A stretch of 64,000 nt of DNA from contig JAPMXV010000006.1 in NCBI GenBank assembly GCA_026936335.1, positions 124,001 through 188,000 on the forward strand. Reading direction: 5' to 3'. Position 1 is the stretch's first letter, and every line of letters begins with the position of its first letter. The notes beneath the pieces are model-generated. The model was not told the DNA's origin and ran no database searches. It was given only the letters and a program-made list of their open reading frames with translations. This DNA comes from Mantamonas sphyraenae STR306. Taxonomy: Eukaryota; Protista; CRuMs. The position numbers and the translations under genes were made by a program. This document shows, in pieces, positions 54,317 to 64,000 of the stretch.

Positions 54317-57216
54317 TCACGCACTCTTGCGCCAGTCGAGACGGGCCATCAGGTTTGCCAACCGTGAATCCAAATGCTGCGCCCCGAGGTGCTCAACCAT
54401 GATTGCAAGGCCATCGTCGAAGCGCTGGGACATGTTTTTCAGTGTGCGCATGTACGCGCGCTGATTGGCCATCTTCTGTGCGTGGGCCTCCATCTCGTCA
54501 GCGTTGTCGACCCCGTCGACCCAGATCTGCCTGCAGAACTGGTCGTTCTTGTCGGCAAACAGTTCGCACACGGCCATGAGCTTGGACAGCACGCGCAGCA
54601 GTTCGTGGTCCGTGAGCATGCACTGCTTGAGGCAGGTGTCCAGAAAGTCGTTGTGGTAGGCCAGGACGTCGTCAACTGTGCTGACCCCAGCCAGCTTGGT
54701 TTCCAGCACGTGCCAGTTGGGCTCCAGCACCTCCACGTACATGTAATACTCGATGTTTTGCAGAAAGTGCAGCATGCGCTGGGACAGACTGTACGAGGCG
54801 ACACCCACGCCGCGCAGGTCAAACTTCTTCAGCAGCGCGTGATTGCGCCAGCTCTCGCACAGACGCTGCTCGACCTGCTTGCAGTAGAACAGGTGGCGGA
54901 AGATGAGCTGGTACTTGGTCAACGCCTTGCGGCTGATCACCAAAGACAGCGGCCAGCTGACTTGGTAATCCAGTGTAAACGCCTCCAGTCCCGTGATCGA
55001 CATGTTCAGCTCGTCATCGATGCTCTGTTGCGAGCTGTTGAGCGTAACAACGCCAGCAGAGCTCACGTTCATGATGCTTAGCAGCTGCTGGATGTAATTG
55101 TAGGGCAGCAGCTCGCAGACGAGGTCGTCTTTGAATGGATCCGAGTTGGCCACGGACGTGCGCAGGCTCAGCTCCAGCAAGCTCTGCAGCTTATTTGTGG
55201 CCACCTTGGCACTATCCTTGGCCAGTTCGTCCTGGGCACTGTCCAGGAAATGCACCATCAGGTCACCTTGGTCCTGCAGAAAGTAGTGCTTGATGGAACG
55301 CAACCTTCCCAGCAACTGCTGGTCCTGCAGCAAGAGCTGCACGAGCGTGCGCGACGCAAACTCGTACGCACGGTCGATTTGTGAAACAAACGATCGCTTG
55401 CGTTGTGCGTACGCCACCTGTTCGTCGGCAAAGGGGCAGTTGATGTCCAGACCACACTCGCGCACGACATTGAGGTACTTGCCCGTGACCAGGATGCGCT
55501 CGGCCTGGTTCTCCAGAAACACAGGCACACAATCGTCGCGGATAGTGTACCTGCGTTCCCAGTACTCGTCGTTGTAGTCGTCAAACAAGTCCTCCTTGTG
55601 GAAATCCTCGTCTTGGGTGACAAGAAACTCTGCGTATGGGTCGTCGATGCGGCCGTGGTGGACCCACTGTGTGATGAGATCAAAGTAGGGCAGCACGGCT
55701 TTGTGCAGCAGAAAGTCGTACACCTGCTGCGCCTGCGCGTCGCCCGTGTGTGCCTCCTGTTGTTTGTACAGATTGGTCAGCACCGAGGCGCCAAACAGCT
55801 TGCCGTCGCACACCTGGGAGGCCACGTCGTCCAGGATAGACAGGGTATGGAGGGCACTTTGCACGTAGAACCACATCTTCTGCATGGGCAGCAGCGCCTG
55901 GCGGTGTTGGTTCTCCAGCTGGGCGACAAGCACAAGGTATTGCTTCAGCATGGAGCGCATCGCGGCACACAACGCATGGTTGACCAGACCAAACTCGTAG
56001 CGCGAGTGCGAGTCGACAAACTGAGACACACGCATGAAGCTGGCACACAAGGGCAGCAGCTTGCGAAGCAGGTCGGCCAGACTGATGTCCAGCGAATCGT
56101 CGACCTGAAAGTCCACGGGCGACGGAAAGACGTCGCTCTTGCTCTGTACAAAGTGGACGTAGGAGCCCTGGATGCCCATCATTAGGGAGAGGAGGTCGGC
56201 TACAAGCAGGTTCTCTTGCGTGTGAAGCGGCAGCGAACCGAGCTGAGGCGCGTTTTCGTCCACAGACGCCTCCTGAGCGCGTGATTGCTGTTGCGACGCC
56301 ACCTTTGGTTGTTTGGGCATGTCGCCATGTGTACCTGCACGTGAGTGGTCATGGCTGCTTTGGTTGTGCCTGTGGGACTTGTCTGTGCCGCCTGTGGTGT
56401 TCAAGAATGGAAGCTCCACCGAGCCTACGGTGACCTCTGCCAACTGCCGTCTGCTTTCGGGCGACAGAAACGAGTCGATGAGGCTGCTCGAGTCCGGTGT
56501 CGACTGCTGCATGCCCTTCTTGCCCACCAGACCAGGGGTCACCAGCGGCGAATCAGGAAGTGGCGCAAAGTTTACGGCCGATGTGTTGCTGGCCTGCTCT
56601 TGCTCAGGTGCATGCAGCATGCCCAGCTCTTGCGCTTGGTCCAGGACATTGATGTACCGCGAGGCCAGAGTGGCACTGTGGCAAGAACGGGGCGAGGAGA
56701 GCGGCCGAGTTAGTGGACGGAGTTTTTTGGCGCCAAAATCACCTTTTGGCGCCTCAGCACGTGGCCATGTCGCACAACAAACGTACTCTTGGCGCTGGAG
56801 CGTAGTGTACAGATTGAAAAACTCGACAGGGTCCGTGCTCTGGCGCTGAAGTCGCGAACGGATGGAATCCGTGAGCATCTGCAACGAATCCGCGCGCGGG
56901 ATCCGCAAAATCGGGTAAGCGTTCATCCTACAAGGAGACAACATGGAAGCGACAGTGTGGATACACATGGGAGAAACAGGGCTGCGCTACGTACAGGTTC
57001 ATCCAGCTGATCTGTGTCGATGCCATTGGCCAGCAGCGTCACGTACTGCTCGCGGTGATCCTGAGCAAGAAAAGGGGCGAAAAGGGGTTCATGTCAGTGG
57101 GTCGTCGATTCCACACGTGCGTTCCACAACACTCAACAACACAGACAACGTACGTCTGGGAGATTGAACGCGTCCAGGAGAGTGTCCACTGCAGAGCGCA
57201 GCTCGTTGCGTGACAT
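54317..57216 (-). CDS. TUBGCP2: Gamma-tubulin complex component 2 (Spc97); ~4 exons
   Basis: QENLLVADLLSLMMGIQGSY, EFGLVNHALCAAMR, GRIDDPYAEFLV, YWERRYTIR, ILVTGKYLNVVRECG, SIKHYFLQDQGD, GLEAFTLDYQVSWPLSLVISRKALTKYQLIFRHLF, EVLEPNW, FLDTCLKQCML. The 5' exons were reconstructed from ATG 57216 (MSRNELRSAVDTLL). Confidence 0.93.
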
Positions 57217-57381
57217 CGTTGGCGGGCGGTTGGCTGCGCTGGGGCGGCTGTCATGGAGAACACGACTCGTGTTTGCTTGCACTGTTCAAGGTATGAGGGT
57301 CCACTTGGGTGCTTGTGTCCAGAGGGTGTGCTGCATGTCACCCCGCCGGCGAATGCGCAAGGTCACCCAGCAAAGACCACC

Positions 57382-58769
57382 ATGCTTGGCAACGACAACA
57401 ACAACGAGCAGCCAGACGTGGTGCGACGTTCACCATTTGTTGGGTTGCCCTTCCTTTCAAAATGCATTGCTGGAACCATGGCCGTCATGTACCTGCTGGG
57501 AGCGCTGGCCAAATCCGTCTTTGCCGCGCTGGCCCTCGTCCCAGGCTTGTGAGTCTTGTGTGAATGTGATATGGTTGTCTTCTTTGCCGAACACAGCCCG
57601 CAAAGAGGATGGAATTGTGTGTGTGTGTGTGTGTGTACATGTGTGGACTGACACTGCCGACCTTTGTTTCCCCTGCTTGCTCTCAGCACACTGGGACACT
57701 GGTACCTGTGGAATGTGGTAACGTGTGGATTTGTGGAGAACTCGCTGCTGCAGTTGCTGATCAACAGCTTTGCTGTGCTTATGCTTGGCAAGCAGTTTGA
57801 GCCGTTGTGGGGCAGCAAGGAGTTTCTTCGCTTCGTCCTCATTGTGAACACATCCATCGGAACCACTTTGTTTGTGGGCAGCATCGTCCTGTATATCTTT
57901 ACGCGCATGGAGGCTGTGCTGTACGTGTTGCCAGCGCCCCCCACCCCTCCGGTTCACCGTTTCCTGACTGACACGCTCCACCGCCCCAAAACCCCCGACT
58001 GCAGCTTCACCCCTCTCTACGGCTTCACTGGTGTCATTGCCGCCTTTACGGTTGCCCTGAAGCAGCTCATGCCTGAGCAGGTGCTTCCCTTCTGCATTGC
58101 CTTCAAACTTCGTGCAAAGGTGCGTCCTGTGAGCGTGTTGTCCTCGTCCGCCCTTGCTCCCATTCCGCGCTGCTCACATCGCGCGTCTGCTCTTCCTCCC
58201 TTGTGCCACCGGCGGTATCTCTTCCACCCCGGGCGTTCCGCATCCACCCACAGTTCTTCCCGCTGCTGTTTCTAGGCATTATTGGCCTCATGTCTCTGTT
58301 GATGGGTTCCATGCGCAGTCTGGCGTTTGCTCTGCTCGGTGTGTACTACGGCTGGATCTACCTGCGTTTCCTGCAGCCCAAGGACGACGGCTCCATCGGC
58401 GACGCCTCCACGGAAGACTTTGCCTTTCACACTTTCTTCCCGGAGCCCATGCAGCCTGCCGTCAACTCCTTCTCCACACGCGTGCTCGCCCTCGCCCGTC
58501 GTTGCGGCTGCTTCCGCGCCACCGCAGCCGCAGATCAGGAGTCCCAAGGACATTCTCTCACTGCTGCGGCCCCCGTCACTCTGTTTGACTTTGGAGGCAG
58601 CAGCACAGGCTCAGACGAATCCAACGCCGAGGCCGAGGCCGAGGCAGAACGCAAGCGTCAAGTGGCCCTTCGTGCTCTGGAGGCACGCCAGAAGCAGGCC
58701 GACGAGCAAAAGAGGCAACGGGAACAAGCCGAACGTGCGACCAAGAACGGCGGTAGTGGAGATGTGTGA
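57382..58769 (+). CDS. TMEM115: Transmembrane protein 115 (rhomboid-like pseudoprotease, DUF1751); 4 exons
   Basis: LALVPG, LWNVVTCGFVE, GKQFEPLWGSKEFLRF, GFTGVIAAFTVALKQLMPE, WIYLRFLQ, GDASTEDFAFHTFFPE, AERKRQVALRALEAR. Confidence 0.9.
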
Positions 58770-58848
58770 GGTAGGCGTGCGGATGGGTGTGGGGTGGGTG
58801 GAAAAGGGTAGGAAAGCAAATCCATGTTCAACCGATCCAACTGATCAC

Positions 58849-60462
58849 TCACTCGGCATTGTTCGCCTCCTCCAATTTCCTTGTCAGCTCGTCGTTCTCC
58901 TTCTTGAGGTCCGTGTTGCGTTGCTGGAGGGCAAACACACTCTGTGTGAGGGCCAGTACAGCATGGTGGATGTCGTCTTTCTGCAGCTCCTCGGGAAGGC
59001 CTCCCAGGAGACCCAAGGCTCGTTTCTCCCGCATGACGTTCTGTTGACCAAGCACAAACTGCAACGCTTCCATCTGTTTGTCCATCTGCGAGCGCATAAC
59101 GCCCAGCTGTTCCTCCAGGGTCTTGCGCTTCTTCTTCCTGCCCTCAGGCTTTGCACCTGCGCCTGCTGCTGCACCTGCGCCGGCGCCGGAAAACTGCACA
59201 CGACGCTCGTCTTCGTCCATATCCTTCACCTTTCGGTGCGTGAACCGGCCCTTGCGGTTCACCGCACCCGAGTCTGCCTCTGCAGATCCTGCTGCCCCTG
59301 CTGCTGCGGCTGTGCCTGTCGTCGACCCCACCGATGCGTTGGCTGTTGTGTTGGCTTCCGTGGTCTCTGCCAGTGCAGAGCTTGATGCTGTAGAGGCGGA
59401 TGACGACGACGACGACGAGCCCGACGACGCCGCACCCTCGTCGGACATCTCCTGCTTGGCCTTGGCCACTTCCGACTCCCAGCTCCAGCCACTGAATGCC
59501 ATGTAGTTCTTGTTCGAGTTTGCTTCAAGTTGGTCGATTTCGGCCTTGTTTTCCTTGCGTTTGCTCTTGAACACCTGGAATCGTTCGCCCAGGTCCGGGA
59601 TGTTGTCCAGCACCTGTGCCACAACGTCTTCCACGGGCTTGCGGTTTTTGAAAAAGCTGTGCTTGAGCAGATCCTTGGCTTCGGGTCGCTCTGCGGGGTC
59701 GCGACGCAGGCAGGACTCGACCATCTTGCGAAAGTCTTTGCTGAAGCGCTTGCGCTCGTCTGCGCTCAACGTCAGGCCTTCTGTGACATCCATGGTTTTG
59801 ACAATGATTTGTGCGGTGTCCAACTTGGCAAACGGGGCGTAGCCGTTGGCCAGCTCCAAGGCGGTGATGCCGAAGGACCAGATGTCCACCTTGTGGTCGT
59901 ACCTCACCTCCTCCATCACCTCGGGCGCCATCCAACACGGGGAGCCCACAAAGGTTGTGCCACGGCGCGAACTGACTGCCGATGTGCTCACGCCAAAGTC
60001 GGCCAGCTGGATGCCCTGTGTGGTGCCCACAAGCACGTTGCTGGCCTTGATGTCCCTGTGGATGAACTCCTTCTCGTGGAAGTACGACAGGCCTTGCAAC
60101 ACCTCATACAGCACCGTGGCAATGATGTTTTCGTCCTTGATGCCATCCTTGCGGAATTTCATGACGTCGTACAGCGAGCCTGGCGTTGTGGCGGGCGTTT
60201 AGTTTTTTGGGAGGGCGTCAGCTCGCGCGTCCTCTCCCCCCGTGTTGTGCTCACTCTGCACTTACCGCCGTCGAGGTAGTCCATGACGATCCACAGCTCG
60301 TGCTCTTTGATAAACGCACAGTGGTGCTGCACAATGTTTGGGTGATCGCACGACTGCATGATGTTCAGCTCTTTCTGTGAGGGCAATGAGCCATTTCTGT
60401 GTCAGCCCCTCCGCCTCACTCCGCTTCCCGGCGCTGTGCTTCGAGTGTGGGAACACCGCACA

Positions 60463-60497
<35 letters not shown>

Positions 60498-60700
60498 ACA
60501 CACACACGTGCTCCCTCCATATGCGCCCTGTGCTTTCTGCGTACCTTGATCCCGTCGACGTCTTGGCGAGCCTGCTCGATGTCGATGATCTTCAGGGCCA
60601 CCGTCTGGCCGTTGCAGGTGGCACGCCAGATGGTCGCGCAGCCTCCCTGGCCAATTTGTGCGTCCTTTTCGTAGGCCGATGGATCTGCTGGCCAGGACAT
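58849..60700 (-). CDS. STE20-family kinase, OSR1/SPAK/Fray (GCK-VI)-like; 3 exons
   Basis: MSWPADPSAYE..IGQGG, VALKIID, ELWIVMDYLDGG, IIATVLYEVLQGLSYFH, IHRDIKASN, LADFGVS, TFVGSPCWMAPEVME, KVDIWSFGITALELANGYAP, FSKDFRKMV. It ends in a coiled coil. Confidence 0.9.
60464..60507. repeat. Intronic (CA)n microsatellite
   Basis: Directly visible in intron 1 of the STE20 kinase. Similar CA/TG tracts occur at ~3911-3952, ~52695-52727 and ~57617-57636. Confidence 0.9.
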
Positions 60701-60747
60701 GCCGGTGTGGTGGGTTGGCGCAATGTGCGCTCTTCAGGCTCTTCAGT

Positions 60748-63356
60748 TCATTCTTCGTCCTCCTCATCCAGGTCAAATGACAATTTGCTCCCTGTGCCTT
60801 TCTTTCTCTTGTGTTTCTTTTTCCTCTTTCCGTATCCAGCTGCTGCTGCTGCTGCTTTTCGGCTGCCACTGCCACTGCTGCTGCTGCTGCTGCTGCTGGC
60901 AAGCTCGGCCTCGACACGTGCCTTTTTGCGGATGTGTGCTGCGTGGGCATCCAAATCCACGCGTGCGTCGTCACTGTCCTCAATTGCATTGAGTTCCGAC
61001 TCGATGCGTTCCATGGCCTTACGCTTTGTGCGTTCGCCGGGCTTGTGGTAGAAATGGGGACTGATCACAGGGGAACGAATGTGTGCGCAGTGTCAGTGGC
61101 ATGTGAGGAACGTGGGACGCATGGATGCGATTGAACAGGTGAAACGTCAACGTACGCAAGTTCAGCGAGCCATTCGGGCTCGATGGCCGTGCAAGCGCGC
61201 ATATAGTGCTTGGTGGTCAGGATGAGCTCGTGGTAGACCACAAAGGGAGGAGGGTATTTAAACAGCACCGAACTGGGATGAATGTACAGAGTGAAGCCGC
61301 CGCGAAGGGAGCGGTAGGTGCCGTCGTCCTGCAGAGACGCAGCGTTGGCAAAGAAGCCCGCGGTGACGGCGCGTTGGATGCACGTCACATCGCCCTTGCA
61401 CGACACCAGCGGCACCGAGAGGCGGTACAAATAGTCGCGCAGCTGCTTGCGAATAGCCACGGCGCGTACCAACGCATTGTAGCTGAGCATCTTGCGGGAG
61501 CACCACTTTGGATTCTTGTTTGCTGCCACAAAGGCGTTGTAGATGTTGAGCAGGGCCACGTGGTCGCCCTCGTGGACGGCAAAGGGCTTTTTGGCCTGGT
61601 CAGACTCGGCGTTGTTGCCGTGGAAGGGATTGGACACGCTGAGCATAGCGGCAATGCTGAGCACCTCTGAGGAACAGCCCATGGTGCCGCTAGCCAGCAG
61701 CAGTTTGGACAGCATGGGATCCAGAGGCAGTTCAGACATGGCCACTCCGTCGGGTTGTGTCAGCTGGGCCTGCCCGTCGAGTGCTCCCAGAGCGTACAGG
61801 AGCTCGAGGGCGCGCACCATATTCTGTGCAGGTGGGGGGCTCATGTACGGGAAGCGAGCCACGTTTGCAATGCCCATGGCCTTGAGGTGGAGCACCACCG
61901 AGGTGAGATTGCTGCGTTGCATCTCGGGGGGCAGGCGGCCGGAAGGGCCTCGTACGCCTCGTGGGTGTACAATCGGAAACACTTGCCTGCACGTACTCGT
62001 CCGGCACGTCCTGCACGCTGGGTGGCACTGGCCTTGGACACAGGCACGGTTTGCAAGGACTGCACTCCGGTGCTGCCTGTGTACCGCCGTTCCTTGACGA
62101 AGCCGCAGTCGACAACGTAGGCAATGCCATCGATGGTGACGGAGGTCTCTGCCACGTTTGTGGAAACAATGATTTTGCGCTGGCCTTTGGGTGTGGGTTC
62201 AAACACGCCCAGTTGCTCGTTGCGCGGCAGCCCTGCGTACAGGGGCAGGATCAGCATGGTGTGACTCGTGTTTGCGTCGCGTGCAGCTTCTTGCAGCGCC
62301 TCACACACCTGTACAATGTCGCTCTGGCCTGGAAGAAAGGCAAGAACGTCGCCGTGGGGCTCTGCTACGTGGATCTGCATGATCACATCGACACAATGGC
62401 GCACGTAATCCTTGCATGGCTCCTCCAAGAACTGGATGTCCACCGGAAACATGGATCCCTTGACAGAGAGCATCCCGACGCCGTCGCGGGACTCTTCGTC
62501 CACAGAAAAGTAGCGTGCAAAGTCGTCGGCGTCCAGGGTGGCCGAGGAGACAATGACGCGCAGGTCGTGGCGTCGCTGCAGGATCTTGCTCAGCAAACCC
62601 AGCAGGATGTCTGTGTACAGAGAGCGTTCGTGGGCCTCATCCACAATCACCACGGAGTATTGGCCAAGCAGCGGGTCGCTCATGATCTCGCGCACAAGCA
62701 TGCCGTCGGTGACAAACTTGAGGCGTGTGTCTGCGGTGGACCAGCGCTCGTCCAGACGCACAGAGTAGCCCACAAGTGACCCAAGCTCAGAACCGGTTTC
62801 TTGAGCCACGCGGGCGGCCACTGAGATGGCAGCGATGCGTCTCGGCTGCGTGCACGCCACGCGAAAGCCATTCTCAGTCCAGCCTGCTTGGTGCAGGTAC
62901 TGAGGAACCTCTGTGAGGCGCACGGGTGAGCAAAATGGTGTGAGCGGCCTGGCGACAGTGTACTTTGTACCTTTCATCATTGTTATCGTGTCTGGACAGA
63001 GTGTGGGCGGGTCTATCGCTCAACGTACGCGTGGTCTTGCCGCTACCAGTCTCGCCCACGAGAATCACCACCTGGTTAGCTTCCAGGAGAAAGAGCAGCT
63101 CACGGCGACTCTTGGCAATGGGCAACTCAGGCGTGTAATGGGAGCTGCTGCTGCTGGAGCTGCTGCTGGAGCTGTTGCTAGCCGGCTGGCTGCTGTGGGA
63201 CGCCCAGGCGGCGGGGGTCATGCCCGAGGACGAAGCGGAAAGCGAGTCGCCAAGGAGAGCATCGTCGGAGAGTGCAGAGGAGGACAGGAGGCTGGTGACG
63301 CCTGTGTGGATGGCCCCAAAGGGCTTTGGGACGGAGGATGTGACGGGGCGAAAGAT
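60748..63356 (-). CDS. DHX35: DEAH-box RNA helicase DHX35; 3 exons; apparent -1 frameshift at 61926-61931; start uncertain (ATG 63221 or ATC 63356)
   Basis: GETGSGKTT|QVPQYLHQAGW, TQPRRIAA, TDGMLVRE, DEAHERS, SSATLDA, STNVAETSVTIDG, QRAGRAGR, PEMQRSNL, EGDHVALLN, GFFANAA, IHPSSVLF, WLAELA|PHFY. Confidence 0.9.
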
Positions 63357-63444
63357 GGTGGCGGGAGGTGGGAAGTGGCTTTTTTGCGCGTGGCGGCGAC
63401 TGCGCTGTGGCGTCCATCGAAACACAACAACCGACCACGAAAGC

Positions 63445-64000
63445 ATGAGCTCCACGGGTATTGCTGCCACCGTCAAGGACGTGCCTGCCATCGACTTTAT
63501 CAACGCGTATGCCGCTCATCTGCAGAAGCAGGGCAAGCTGCAGCTGCCCAAGGGTGTGGATATGATCAAGACGGCCACGTGGAAGGAGCTGAGCCCGTAT
63601 GACGACAACTGGTTCTACGTGCGCGCTGGTACGTGACCCTACAGAAAGCGAGACGTGTGTGTGGGCCGCGTGAGGGCGCGTTTTGTGCGCGCCTTGCATT
63701 TTTTGCAAGAGCGACGCTCGCGCCTCGCCTTGGCCCGCTCCGTTTTTCCCTCCCCATGGCTCGCCCCTGGGCACACTCTGTCCTTGAGGCCTATGCAGAT
63801 GCTCTGTGGGCATACCATGCGTGTGTACATCTGCGCGTGGGTGTCCACAGAGGATCGAGGCAGGGAGCAGGGCCTGCCGCGTGTGTGCGAGGCGCATGCA
63901 TTTTGTCCAGCCCCGTTTTTCAAACACCCACCGTCGCTTACACACACACGCACTCTCCAGCTTCGATCGCCCGCAAGGTGTACATCCGCCCCGGTGTTGG
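63445..64000 (+). CDS. RPS19: 40S ribosomal protein S19 (eS19), 3'-truncated by the window end
   Basis: ATG 63445 ...TVKDVPAIDFINAYAAHLQKQGKL...KTATWKELSPYDDNWFYVRA|ASIARKVYIRPGVG. Intron 63629-63960 (GTACGT..CCAG). Confidence 0.97.

Noticed and set aside
36474-61931. Genome-wide programmed frameshifting system
   Set aside because: The three shifts have different directions (+1, +1, -1), share no slippery or stop motif, and all sit on G/C homopolymers, which is the signature of consensus errors.
1-64000. Alternative genetic code, selenoproteins, transposons, tRNA/rRNA
   Set aside because: All three stop codons terminate genes, and no conserved domain is interrupted by an in-frame stop. No transposase, RT or integrase motifs or tRNA/rRNA signatures were seen by eye.

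Overview
The window is nuclear DNA from a GC-rich, very gene-dense eukaryote, most likely a flagellated protist (it encodes SPEF2 and a CDKL kinase). The taxon cannot be assigned from the sequence alone. About 28 protein-coding genes can be reconstructed, most with short GT-AG spliceosomal introns (donors GTACGT/GTGAGT/GTGCGT/GTATGT, often CA/GT-microsatellite rich). Intergenic gaps are typically 10-165 bp, and one convergent pair overlaps by 4 bp. Recognisable genes: SPEF2, NCAPH2, TMEM87/GOST, ZNHIT2, TBL3/UTP13, CUL1, CIAO2/MIP18, a mitochondrial carrier, NOX, TMEM104, a MAPEG protein, CDKL, kinesin-3, GCP2, TMEM115, an OSR1/SPAK-like kinase, DHX35 and RPS19 (partial). No prokaryotic features, tRNA/rRNA, CRISPR arrays or transposons were seen. 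Main leads: (1) two RasGAP-fold proteins that both lack the arginine finger, one with a RasGAP-4xPH-LRR architecture; (2) a candidate AATGAA/RTGAA poly(A) signal often fused to the TGA stop, plus operon-like runs of co-directional genes; (3) a candidate AUC (non-AUG) start for DHX35; (4) a kinesin-3 ending in a CaaX motif; (5) a head-to-head pair of degenerate GT4-like proteins; (6) a ~1,670-aa secreted repeat/beta-helix protein; (7) a long hairpin in the RPS19 intron; (8) an acidic GLFG-repeat protein end that the ORF track misses. Three single-base frameshifts at homopolymers look like assembly errors. All family assignments come from motif recognition by eye, not database searches.
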